A DNA stretch of 32,000 nt from Paracoccus suum. GTDB lineage: Bacteria > Pseudomonadota > Alphaproteobacteria > Rhodobacterales > Rhodobacteraceae. Location: contig NZ_CP030918.1 in assembly GCF_003324675.1 (NCBI RefSeq), forward strand, positions 210,001 to 242,000, written 5' to 3'. The translations under genes were made by a program, and so were the position numbers. This document shows positions 9,137 to 17,064 of the stretch, in pieces. The notes under the pieces are model-generated. The model saw only the letters and a program-made list of their open reading frames with translations, had not been told where the DNA came from and did not search any database. How positions within the stretch are numbered: position 1 is the stretch's first letter; each line of letters begins with the position of its first letter.

Positions 9137-9706
9137 TCAGTAGACGTAGACGGGGGTGCCGATCGGAACCTGGTCGAACAGCGCGATCACCGCCGGGTTG
9201 CGCATGCGGATGCAACCGTTCGAGACGGCATGGCCGATGCTGTTCGGCTCGGTTGTGCCGTGGATGCGGATCGAGGTGTCGTTGCCATTGGCATCGAACA
9301 GATACAGCGCCCGCGCGCCGAGGGGGTTGGTCGGACCGCCCGGCATCCCGTTCTCGGCGTATTTCGCGTAATGGTCGGGGCTGCGCTTGACCATGGCCGG
9401 GGTGGGCTTCCAGCTGGGCCATTCGGTCTTGCGGCCAACCGTGGCGCGGCCTTTCCAGACCAGCTCCGCCTTTCCGACCGCGACGCCATAGCGAACCGCG
9501 ACGCCGGGGGCGATAACGTGATAGAGGAAGAAATCCTTGGACACGACGACGATCGAGCCGACCTCGAAATCAGGACGGATCGCGACCTCGGTCGGGGCAT
9601 AGGGATCGGCGGCGGCCTTGGCGGCAGGCGCCTTGGTCTTGGCCAGCAGCGCCGATGGAGCGAGCAGCGCGGGCACAGTCATCATCAGCAGGTGGCGGCG
9701 ATCCAT
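9137..9706 (-). CDS. L,D-transpeptidase (YkuD domain), exported
   Basis: The C-terminal 189 aa of track ORF 9137..11026 are the real gene. N-terminus MDRRHLLMMTVPALLAPSALLA is a twin-arginine-like signal. Catalytic motif IRIHGT...SNGCIRM is present. The rest of the 629 aa ORF is Arg/Gly-rich noise overlapping three plus-strand genes. Confidence 0.88.
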   Translation of the reverse strand: MDRRHLLMMTVPALLAPSALLAKTKAPAAKAAADPYAPTEVAIRPDFEVGSIVVVSKDFFLYHVIAPGVAVRYGVAVGKAELVWKGRATVGRKTEWPSWKPTPAMVKRSPDHYAKYAENGMPGGPTNPLGARALYLFDANGNDTSIRIHGTTEPNSIGHAVSNGCIRMRNPAVIALFDQVPIGTPVYVY

Positions 9707-9844
9707 GTCACGTGTCCCTTCAGATCGTTTTGTAGCAGCGGCTAGCCGGTTTGGCCCTGCCCCGCAAGACAAAGCCGCGTGAGTCGCGCCATCTCGCGAC
9801 CGCGTGGCATTGCTGATTCGTTCGCTGCCGGTCATCGTGCGGCC

Positions 9845-10504
9845 ATGGATCGACGCAGTTTCACATTTGGCCTCGGCGCGGCGGTGGCCGCGCCTGGCTT
9901 TGCATATGCCGTGGCGCCGGCGCCGGTGCGCCTGCTTGCCTTTGGCGACAGCCTGACCGCCGGCTTTGGGTTGGCGCCCGATCAAGGTTTTGTGCCACGG
10001 CTCGGCGCGTGGTTGGCCGACCATGGAGGCCCGCCCGTGCAGATGATCAACGGCGGGCTGTCGGGGGACACGACCTATGGCGGCCGGGTGCGCATCGGTT
10101 GGGCGTTGCGGACTCAGCCCGACGCCGTGTTGGTCGAGCTGGGCGCCAACGACATGCTGATGGGCCTCGGGCCAGAGCGGGCGGCACGCAACCTCGACAG
10201 CATCATCGACTCGGCGGCGGAGGGTGGCCGTCCCGTGGCGCTGCTCGGCATCCACGCGACCGGCGATCGGGCGTTTCGGGCCCGCTGGGACGCAATGTGG
10301 GCCGAGGTTGCCGCGCGCCACGGTGTGCCGCTGGTGCCCGACCTTTACGCAACGATCCGGGCCGCCCCCGTCGCAAAACGGCCCGCCTATCTGCAGGCCG
10401 ACCGGCTGCACGCTTCGCCCAAGGGCGTTGCCACGATGGTCGAGCTGGCCGGCCCGGTGGTGCTGGCGCTGGTGCAAAAGGCCGCGGCGCGGCGCCGCAG
10501 TTGA
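9845..10504 (+). CDS. SGNH/GDSL hydrolase (arylesterase/TesA-like), exported
   Basis: Four SGNH blocks are present: block I FGDSLTAG, block II GLSGDTT, block III ELGANDM and block V DRLHASPKG. Signal MDRRSFTFGLGAAVAAPGFAYA. Trimmed from 9779 to the ATG at 9845. Confidence 0.85.
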   Translation: MDRRSFTFGLGAAVAAPGFAYAVAPAPVRLLAFGDSLTAGFGLAPDQGFVPRLGAWLADHGGPPVQMINGGLSGDTTYGGRVRIGWALRTQPDAVLVELGANDMLMGLGPERAARNLDSIIDSAAEGGRPVALLGIHATGDRAFRARWDAMWAEVAARHGVPLVPDLYATIRAAPVAKRPAYLQADRLHASPKGVATMVELAGPVVLALVQKAAARRRS

Positions 10505-10555
10505 TCCGGGCCGCGCGCGCTTGCACCGCTGCGGCGGGACCCCCATCATCATGGC

Positions 10556-10960
10556 ATGGCCAACCTGTCGCGCTTTGACGTCACCCCGGAACAGATCGAC
10601 CGCGTGGTCGCGACCTTTTACGCGGCCATCCGCCGGCACGAAATCCTGGGCCCGGTGTTCGCCGGGCACGTCGCCGACTGGCCCGCGCACGAGGCGAAGA
10701 TCGCGCGGTTCTGGCGCAATGCGATCCTGGCGGAGGGCGGCTATGACGGCAATCCGATGCAGGTCCACCGCACCGCCGGAGACGTCGCGCCTGCGCATTT
10801 CCCGCATTGGCTGATGCTGTTCGACGAGACTCTGCGTCGCACCCTGCCCCAGGAGCCGGCGCAGGCCTGGTCGCGCCTGGCCCACCGTATCGGCGCGGGC
10901 CTGCGCATGGGGGTCGAGGACAGCCGCCCGCGACCGCCGGGCCCGCCGATCCTGCGCTGA
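10556..10960 (+). CDS. Group III truncated haemoglobin (Ctb-like globin)
   Basis: LGPVF...W.AHEAKIARFW....L.EGGYDGNPM..H......P.HF..WL.LFDETL follows the pattern I recall from Campylobacter Ctb-type trHbs. Confidence 0.8.
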   Translation: MANLSRFDVTPEQIDRVVATFYAAIRRHEILGPVFAGHVADWPAHEAKIARFWRNAILAEGGYDGNPMQVHRTAGDVAPAHFPHWLMLFDETLRRTLPQEPAQAWSRLAHRIGAGLRMGVEDSRPRPPGPPILR

Positions 10961-11009
10961 CGGCGACACACAGCCCTGCCCGCTTGCCTCGCGACCCTCT
11001 GAGGGTCTA

Positions 11010-11024
11010 GAACAAGACGTGAAC
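11010..11024 (+). promoter_or_regulatory. GAAC-N7-GAAC direct repeat, candidate alphaproteobacterial LexA (SOS) box
   Basis: Read directly: GAACAAGACGTGAAC, which extends to a GAACAAG-ACGT-GAACAAG 7-mer direct repeat. It ends 17 nt before the VOC gene ATG (11041) and 6 nt before the GGAGGA RBS. Confidence 0.35.
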
Positions 11025-11040
11025 AAGTGCGGAGGATGAC

Positions 11041-11373
11041 ATGACGCCGTTGAAAATCGACTATGTCGAGTTCACCACGCCCGACATGCCCAGGACAAAG
11101 GACTTTCTCGCCCGCGCCTTCGGCTGGGACTTCAACGACTACGGGCCCGAATATCAGGAACTGCGGGACGCCGGGATCGATGGCGGCATTGCCGCTGGGC
11201 CGACAACCGCGCCCCTGGTGATCTTGAAGGCCCATGACCTGGAGGCGGCCGAGGCCGATGTCACCGCCGCGGGCGGCGTCATTACCCGGCCGATCTACGC
11301 CTTTCCCGGCGGCCGCCGGTTCCACTTTCGCGAGCCGGGTGGCAGCGAGATGGCGGTCTGGGCCGGGGACTGA
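11041..11373 (+). CDS. VOC-family protein (glyoxalase/bleomycin-resistance/dioxygenase fold), single domain
   Basis: 110 aa. IDYVEFTTPDM...FGW.F........E........GGI......H......V....GG.I..P...FPGGRRFHF.EP.G.E.AVW is typical of small VOC proteins. Strong GGAGGA RBS. Confidence 0.75.
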   Translation: MTPLKIDYVEFTTPDMPRTKDFLARAFGWDFNDYGPEYQELRDAGIDGGIAAGPTTAPLVILKAHDLEAAEADVTAAGGVITRPIYAFPGGRRFHFREPGGSEMAVWAGD

Positions 11374-11376
11374 CCC

Positions 11377-12219
11377 CTAAGCCGCCATCCCGTGTCGGCC
11401 GGCGAGGTCGGTAAAGAACTGCCAGGCGACGCGGCCGGAACGGGCACCGCGCGTCGCCTGCCATTCGATCGCCTCGGCGCGGATAACCTCGTCGGGCAAG
11501 TCCAGACCGACGGCATCGCAATAGCCGCGGATCATCGCCAGGTACTCGTCCTGGCTGCAAGGGTGAAAGCCCAGCCACAGGCCGAAGCGGTCTGACAGCG
11601 AGACTTTCTCCTCGACCGCCTCGCCGGGATGGATCGCGGTCGCACGCTCGTTGTCGATCATGTCACGCGGCATCAGGTGCCGCCGGTTCGAGGTCGCGTA
11701 GAGGATGACATTGGCCGGGCGGCCGGCAATACCGCCATCCAGCAGCGCCTTGAGAGATTTGTACTGCGCATCCTCGGCCGCGAAGGACAGATCGTCCGAG
11801 AACAGCAGGAATCGGCGATCCCGCGCCCGGCCAAGCAGCGCCAGCAGCCGCCCGACGGATCCGAGATCATCGCGCGCAATCTCGACCAGAACCAGCGGCA
11901 GGCCCTCGGCCAGTGCCGCGGCGTGGACCGCTTTCACCAACGAGGATTTTCCCATGCCCCGCGCGCCCCAGAGCAGGGCGTTGTTGGCGGCATAGCCGCG
12001 CGCGAACTGCATGGTGTTGGCCAGCAGCGTGTCGCGCGCGCGGTCGATGCCGACCAAGCGCTCGATGGCGACGCCCGCGACAGCCTCGACCGGCTCCAGC
12101 CGGTCGGGGTCCGGATGCCAGATGAAGGCGGGCGCGGCGTCGAAATCCGGCGCCGGGGCCGGCACGGGCGCCAATCGCTCAAGCGCGTCGGCGATGCGGT
12201 CCAGCGCGACTTCGGTCAT
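11377..12219 (-). CDS. DUF815-family AAA+ ATPase (COG2607-like), function unknown
   Basis: Walker [15 protein letters not shown], Walker [11 protein letters not shown], then [12 protein letters not shown] at 12219 forms an ATGA overlap with the tatC stop (12216-12218), so I prefer it to the track start at 12246. Confidence 0.8.
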   Translation of the reverse strand: MTEVALDRIADALERLAPVPAPAPDFDAAPAFIWHPDPDRLEPVEAVAGVAIERLVGIDRARDTLLANTMQFARGYAANNALLWGARGMGKSSLVKAVHAAALAEGLPLVLVEIARDDLGSVGRLLALLGRARDRRFLLFSDDLSFAAEDAQYKSLKALLDGGIAGRPANVILYATSNRRHLMPRDMIDNERATAIHPGEAVEEKVSLSDRFGLWLGFHPCSQDEYLAMIRGYCDAVGLDLPDEVIRAEAIEWQATRGARSGRVAWQFFTDLAGRHGMAA

Positions 12220-13109
12220 GCGTTCGGCTCGTCGTCCTCGACCCACAGGCCCTGGGCGCGCAAGTCAGCCTCGCGCCGCCGCTCGATGCGCCGGATCAGG
12301 ATGATCGAGATCTCGTAGAGGGGATAAACCGCAGCAAACATGATCAGCTGGCTGGTCATGTCGGGACCGGGCGTCACCACTGCCGCGACGATCAGCATGA
12401 GCACCAGAGCGTATTTCCGGGCGCTGGACAGGCCGTCGGCGCTGACGATGCCGGCCTTGCCGAGCAGGGTCAGCAGCACCGGCAACTGGAAGCAGATGCC
12501 AAAGGCCATGATAAAGCGCATGGTCAGCGAGAGGTATTCCCCGACCGAGCCCTGAAAGACGATCCCGGCAACGGGCGATCGCGCTGTCCCTGCGGCCACC
12601 GCAGTCGCCGCGTCCTGCGCGCCCTCAACCGCCGGCGTGACCAATGGGCCCTGCTGGAAGGTCAGGAAGAAATCGAACACCGCCGGCAGCACGGCGAAAT
12701 AGGCGAAGGCCGCCCCCAGAAAGAACATGATCGGCGAGGCCAGAAGGAACGGCAGGAACGCGTTCTTTTCCGAGCGGTAGAGGCCCGGCGCGACAAATCG
12801 CCACAGCTGGTAGCCGATCACCGGGAACGACAGGGCGAAGCCGCCGACAAAGCTGATCTGCAGGGCGACGAAAAACCCTTCCTGCAGCTTCAGCAGGATC
12901 AGGCCGCAATCCTGTCCGCGCCGCCCAAGGGCCTCGCAGATAGGATGCGTCATGTAATTGAAAATCGGATTCCAGATGGAAAAGCACAGCACCATCGCCA
13001 CGACAAAGGCGAGGATCGACCACAGCAGGCGGGTGCGCAGTTCCTTGAGATGCTCGATTAGCGGGGCGGAGCTGTCGGAAATGTCGTCGGGCTTGGGCGT
13101 GCGCGCCAT
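12216..13109 (-). CDS. tatC: Twin-arginine translocase subunit TatC
   Basis: [17 protein letters not shown] at the N-terminus, six hydrophobic segments and ...[11 protein letters not shown]... motif. GAGGA RBS. Follows tatB. Confidence 0.95.
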   Translation of the reverse strand: MARTPKPDDISDSSAPLIEHLKELRTRLLWSILAFVVAMVLCFSIWNPIFNYMTHPICEALGRRGQDCGLILLKLQEGFFVALQISFVGGFALSFPVIGYQLWRFVAPGLYRSEKNAFLPFLLASPIMFFLGAAFAYFAVLPAVFDFFLTFQQGPLVTPAVEGAQDAATAVAAGTARSPVAGIVFQGSVGEYLSLTMRFIMAFGICFQLPVLLTLLGKAGIVSADGLSSARKYALVLMLIVAAVVTPGPDMTSQLIMFAAVYPLYEISIILIRRIERRREADLRAQGLWVEDDEPNA

Positions 13110-13115
13110 GATTCC

Positions 13116-13631
13116 TCAGCCGTTCAGGTCGCTGCGGCGCACAGCCTTGAGGCTGCGTCGGCCCGGTGCCTCGGCGCCGTGTTCGGGCGCGGGCATGTCA
13201 TTCGCGACCGGCGCGTCGGGCATCGCGCTCGCAGGCGAGGCGACGGCTGGGGCGGCGATCGAGGGGGTAGATGTAGAGGCAGCCGATTCTGCTACGGCGG
13301 CAGCTGCCGGGTCAGGCCGGATCGAGCCTCGGGTGCTGGGCAACTTCGGGTCCCACTTCTCGAACCGGTCCGCGGCGCGATCCAGTGCATCGAGGCCGAG
13401 CGCCCGCTTGCTGGTCAGCGACTTCACCTCGCCGAGCGAATCCGCGGCCTCCTTGATGCCACTTTCCCGGGCAGCGTCTTCCATCGCGCTGGAGAATTCG
13501 CGCGCCATGCTGCGCGCCTTGGCCGTCATCCGTCCCAGCGTATGGAACATGCGCGGCAAATCCTCGGGGCCAACGACGATCAGCGCGACAACGCCGATCA
13601 GCAACAGCTCGCCCCAGCCGACATCGAACAT
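13116..13631 (-). CDS. tatB: Twin-arginine translocase subunit TatB
   Basis: MFDVGWGELLLIGVVALIVVGPEDLP, then an amphipathic helix and a long Ala/Pro-rich tail. Confidence 0.9.
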   Translation of the reverse strand: MFDVGWGELLLIGVVALIVVGPEDLPRMFHTLGRMTAKARSMAREFSSAMEDAARESGIKEAADSLGEVKSLTSKRALGLDALDRAADRFEKWDPKLPSTRGSIRPDPAAAAVAESAASTSTPSIAAPAVASPASAMPDAPVANDMPAPEHGAEAPGRRSLKAVRRSDLNG

Positions 13632-13646
13632 CGCCCGACCCGGTCG

Positions 13647-13946
13647 TCAGACGCGGTCGCTGCCGGGCGTGATGTCGCGCGGCTCGGCCCGGTTGACCCG
13701 GTCGGCGGCACGCTCGGCCGCGCGGGCTTCGGCATCGGCGGGGGTGATGACGCGAGTCTCGGTGGTCGTCGTGGTGGTGGTCGCGGCATCGTCAAATTCT
13801 TTTGCGCCGTCGTTGACGCCGCGTTTGAAGGCGGTGATGCCCTTGCCGACCTCGCCCATCAGCGAGCTGACCTTGCCACGCCCGAACATGACCAGGATGA
13901 CCACGGCGATCAGCAGAAGGCCCGGAAGGCCGATATTGTTGAGCAT
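13647..13946 (-). CDS. tatA: Twin-arginine translocase subunit TatA
   Basis: MLNNIGLPGLLLIAVVILVMFGRGKVSSLMGEVGKGITAFKRG. AGGAG RBS upstream of the ATG at 13946. The tail contains a run of seven Thr. Track ORF trimmed from 14087. Confidence 0.9.
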   Translation of the reverse strand: MLNNIGLPGLLLIAVVILVMFGRGKVSSLMGEVGKGITAFKRGVNDGAKEFDDAATTTTTTTETRVITPADAEARAAERAADRVNRAEPRDITPGSDRV

Positions 13947-14134
13947 GACTGAACTCCTGTCGGGGGCCGAGGCGGGCGGGGCGGCCCGAGGCCCCCTGAT
14001 TACGCGTCCACTATTTAGGGCTATTGGCGCGCCGATGCAAAGGCCAACCGCGCGTCGCAGCTTGGCGTCGCGGCCCGATCTGCCCATATGGCAGGGGGCG
14101 GGCGATCACATCACGGCGAGCGGCAGAGGATGGC

Positions 14135-14716
14135 ATGACGGCAAACGACATCGGACGGCTGGCCTATCTGCTGGTGTTGCTGATCGCCGTTGGCGGCTTT
14201 CTCGTCATCGAATTTCGCGCCCGCGCCGGCAGCACCCTGCGTCAGTTGGCCGCCTGGGGCCTGATCTTCGTCGGCGCCATCGCTGCTGCCGCGCTGTGGC
14301 AGGACATGCAGGAGCGCAGCGCCCCGCTGATGGAGGTGACCGACAGCGGACGCCGGCTGGAGGTGCCCCTGGACCCGGCCGGCCACGCGCGCGTCACGGC
14401 AGAGGTGAACGGCACAAAGGTCGATTTCGTGATCGACACCGGCGCATCGATGCTGGCGCTGGGGGCACGGGATGCGCGCCGCATCGGCATCGACCCGGCC
14501 CTGCTGGTCTATACGGGGCAGGCGCGCACGGCGAACGGGTTGACCGGAATCGCGCCGGTCACGCTGAAGACGCTGACGCTGGGCGGCATCACCGACGAGA
14601 ACGTGCCAGCCATGGTAATCGAGGGTCAGACCGACCAGTCGCTGATGGGCATGACCTATCTGCGCCGCTTTGCCCGCGTCAGCATCGAGGGAAACCACCT
14701 GATTCTGGAACGCTAG
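14135..14716 (+). CDS. Membrane-anchored retropepsin-like aspartic protease (clan AA, TIGR02281-type)
   Basis: Two N-terminal hydrophobic helices, then a single retropepsin lobe with catalytic FVIDTGAS and C-terminal LMGMTYL. AGAGGA RBS before the ATG at 14135. Confidence 0.8.
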   Translation: MTANDIGRLAYLLVLLIAVGGFLVIEFRARAGSTLRQLAAWGLIFVGAIAAAALWQDMQERSAPLMEVTDSGRRLEVPLDPAGHARVTAEVNGTKVDFVIDTGASMLALGARDARRIGIDPALLVYTGQARTANGLTGIAPVTLKTLTLGGITDENVPAMVIEGQTDQSLMGMTYLRRFARVSIEGNHLILER

Positions 14717-14717
14717 C

Positions 14718-15209
14718 TCAGCGCTCGCCCGACCGGGCCTGCCGGCGCCAGCCGCCGGATTCGTCAGACCAGTATTCGGCAGTGACTCCCGCAGCAGTCA
14801 GGCCTCGCCACTGACTTCGCGCCCGTCCAAGGGCGGCGCTGTCGCTGCCGTCGAACAGGATGCACACCCGGGCCAGCCGGCCGCATTCGTCGGCGCTGAC
14901 CTCGGCCCCGTCGAGGGTGACGATGCAATCGGGCGCATTCGCGGCAGGTCCGGGGCTGGTAGCCATTTCCGATGCGCCCGACGCCAGCGTCAGCAGCACG
15001 GGCTGGCGGGCGTCATGCGGCCCGCCCGCGCGGGCATGCGGCACGAAGCCGTCGCCTGCCCATAGCAGATCGTCAAAACGGGCGAGGCGCGCCTCCGCGG
15101 TGCCCCGCAGCTCGACCCGCCAGCCCTGGGCCAGGGCCTTGTCGATCAGGATCGGGACAAGGTCCTCGGCCGGCTGCCGGGTCAGCTGGTAGAACAGCGC
15201 GGCGCCCAT
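14718..15209 (-). CDS. holC: DNA polymerase III subunit chi
   Basis: ALFYQLTRQPAEDLVPILIDKALAQGWRV.......A....FDDLLW.....FVPH matches the chi family N-terminus. ATG at 15209 shares one base with the pepA TGA. This is the classic pepA-holC pairing. Confidence 0.85.
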   Translation of the reverse strand: MGAALFYQLTRQPAEDLVPILIDKALAQGWRVELRGTAEARLARFDDLLWAGDGFVPHARAGGPHDARQPVLLTLASGASEMATSPGPAANAPDCIVTLDGAEVSADECGRLARVCILFDGSDSAALGRARSQWRGLTAAGVTAEYWSDESGGWRRQARSGER

Positions 15210-16873
15210 CAGCCCTTGGCGGATTTCGCGGGCTTGCTGCCCGCGCCGGGCTTGCCGGATTCCCAGCGATCGCGGATCAGCCGGTCGAGGGTCATGACAC
15301 CCCATCCGGTCGCACCCTTGGGCGCCAACGCGGTCTCGCCCGGCGGCAGTGCGACACCGGCGATGTCGATATGCGCCCAAGGCGTGCCCTTGCGGATAAA
15401 GCGTTGCAGGAACTGGGCCGCGGTCACGCTGCCGGCCGGACGGCCGCCCGTGTTCTTGATGTCCGCGAGGCGGGACTTGATCAGCTCGTCATAGGACGGG
15501 GCCAGCGGCATGCGCCAAGCGCCCTCGCCCTCGGCCTCGGCGGCGCGCAGGATGCCGTTCGCCAGCGCGTCGTCATTGGCAAAGACGCCCGCGCGGTCAT
15601 GGCCCAGCGCAATGATGATAGCCCCGGTCAGCGTCGCGAGGTCGATCACCGCCGAGGGGGCAAAGCGGTCCTGCGCGTACCAGAGCACGTCGGCCAGAAC
15701 GAGGCGTCCCTCGGCGTCAGTGTTGATCACCTCGATGGTGTCGCCCTTCATGCTGCGCACGATGTCGCCCGGTCGCTGGGCGCGGCCGTCGGGCATGTTC
15801 TCGACGAGACCGACGAGGCCAACGACGTTGGCGCGTGCCTTGCGCAGCGCAAGGGTCCGCATGACCCCGGCGACGACGCCAGCGCCGCCCATGTCCATCG
15901 TCATTTCCTCCATCCCGGCGGCCGGCTTGATCGAGATGCCGCCGGTGTCGAACACCACGCCCTTGCCGACCAGCGCCAGCGGCGCGCTGTCATCGCCTGC
16001 GCCGTTCCAGCGCATCACCACGACCTTCGAGGGCGCCTCGCTGCCCTGCCCCACGGCCAGCAGCGCCCGCATCCCGAGGGCCGCCAGCGCCTCCTCCTCC
16101 AGCACCTCGACCTCGAGGCCCAGCGCCTCCATCGCCGCCAGACGGTCGGCGAAATCGCTGGTCGTCAGCACGTTGGCAGGCTCGTTCACCAGATCGCGGG
16201 TAAAGAACACGCCCTCGGCCACGGCGGCGGCGTCGGTCGCGGTGCGGGCCAGCGCCTCGGGGTCGGGCGCGACAAAGGTGACGCTGGCGCGGTTCGGGGC
16301 CGGCGGCTCGGCGGGGGCGTCCTTGGCAGCATCCGCGGGCCGGTCAGCCGATTGCGCGTCGTCGAGGGCCGCATCCTGCGGCTGTCCCGTGGGCGAGACT
16401 GCCTGCGGGGTCATCTCGCGCGCGGGACCGGCATCGGCGGCTTCGTCTCCGGCCTCGATCGCCCCGGCGGTCTTGTAGGCATTGAAGTCATAGCCGCGCA
16501 GCGCGATGCCGAGCGCGATCTCGGCGGCGCGCGGGTGCCCCAACGACAGCACAGTCACCTGCGCCTTACCCATCCGTGCGCCTATTTGCGCGCCAGCCTT
16601 GCGGGCCGTCGGCACATCCGCCTTGCGCGGCAGATAGACCAGTTGCAGGGCCTCAGCCGCCATGCCCGCGGGAAAGGCCATCTCCATCGCCGCGCCGGGC
16701 TTCAGCTTGGCGAAGGCCGGCGATTCGAGCGCGCGCTGCACCGCCGCGCGGGTCACGCCCGGCAGGCCCGGAAGTCGGCGACGCTCGTCCACGATCAGCG
16801 CGATGCGGCCGGCACGCTCGCGCAGGGCGTCGGGAGTGGCATCGGTGAAGGTGATCTCGACGGGATGGGACAT
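15209..16873 (-). CDS. pepA: Leucyl aminopeptidase (M17)
   Basis: VGKGVVFDTGGISIKP, MDMGGAG and NTDAEGRLVLAD are M17 metal/active-site blocks. Carries an acidic/Pro-rich insertion of about 58 aa between the N- and C-domains. Confidence 0.95.
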   Translation of the reverse strand: MSHPVEITFTDATPDALRERAGRIALIVDERRRLPGLPGVTRAAVQRALESPAFAKLKPGAAMEMAFPAGMAAEALQLVYLPRKADVPTARKAGAQIGARMGKAQVTVLSLGHPRAAEIALGIALRGYDFNAYKTAGAIEAGDEAADAGPAREMTPQAVSPTGQPQDAALDDAQSADRPADAAKDAPAEPPAPNRASVTFVAPDPEALARTATDAAAVAEGVFFTRDLVNEPANVLTTSDFADRLAAMEALGLEVEVLEEEALAALGMRALLAVGQGSEAPSKVVVMRWNGAGDDSAPLALVGKGVVFDTGGISIKPAAGMEEMTMDMGGAGVVAGVMRTLALRKARANVVGLVGLVENMPDGRAQRPGDIVRSMKGDTIEVINTDAEGRLVLADVLWYAQDRFAPSAVIDLATLTGAIIIALGHDRAGVFANDDALANGILRAAEAEGEGAWRMPLAPSYDELIKSRLADIKNTGGRPAGSVTAAQFLQRFIRKGTPWAHIDIAGVALPPGETALAPKGATGWGVMTLDRLIRDRWESGKPGAGSKPAKSAKG

Positions 16874-17064
16874 CTGGGCCTCGCTTGCGGTCGGAATGTT
16901 CGCGTGTCAGCGGCAACCTAATCGCGTGATCCGGCCAAGGCCAGCGGTCCCAAGGCTCGCGCGATCTGGCCCGCAGGCGTCCCGCCGCCGACCCGGCCAC
17001 GGGCCTTTCCCTTGCGCACCCCCCGCGGCTATGAGGCACCAAGGGCCATTCGCAAGGAAACCCG

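Noticed and set aside
9707-9716. GTCACGTGTC next to the L,D-transpeptidase start shares GTCACGTG with the palindrome at 26085-26094, which could suggest a shared operator
   Set aside because: The core CACGTG is expected about ten times by chance in 32 kb at this composition. I cannot scan the window exhaustively by eye, and two sites are not enough to call a motif.
9707-11026. N-terminal 440 aa of the 629 aa minus-strand ORF 9137..11026
   Set aside because: Only the last 189 aa (from the ATG at 9706) form a coherent signal peptide plus YkuD domain. The extension overlaps the SGNH esterase and globin genes on the other strand and has no domain features.
13757-13790. Run of seven Thr codons in the TatA tail, considered as a slippage-prone tract or phase-variation site
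   Set aside because: The codons are mixed (ACC/ACG) rather than a homopolymer or perfect triplet repeat. They lie in the dispensable C-terminal tail, with no evidence of a switch.
12958-14814. 618 aa plus-strand ORF, one of the longest in the track
   Set aside because: It runs antisense to tatC, tatB and tatA and out of frame through the protease gene. The translation is Ser/Ala/Arg/Pro-rich with no recognisable motifs. This is a typical high-GC antisense artefact, and the opposite strand carries unmistakable Tat proteins.
14972-16921. 649 aa plus-strand ORF opposite pepA/holC, and similar long Arg/Gly-rich ORFs (2236..3507 minus, 3917..5230 minus, 4990..6105 minus, 1296..2384 minus, 22858..23844 minus, 23989..25092 minus)
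   Set aside because: All lie antisense to, or frame-shifted within, genes with strong family motifs. Their composition (R, G, A, P runs) is what stop-codon-poor GC-rich DNA gives by chance.
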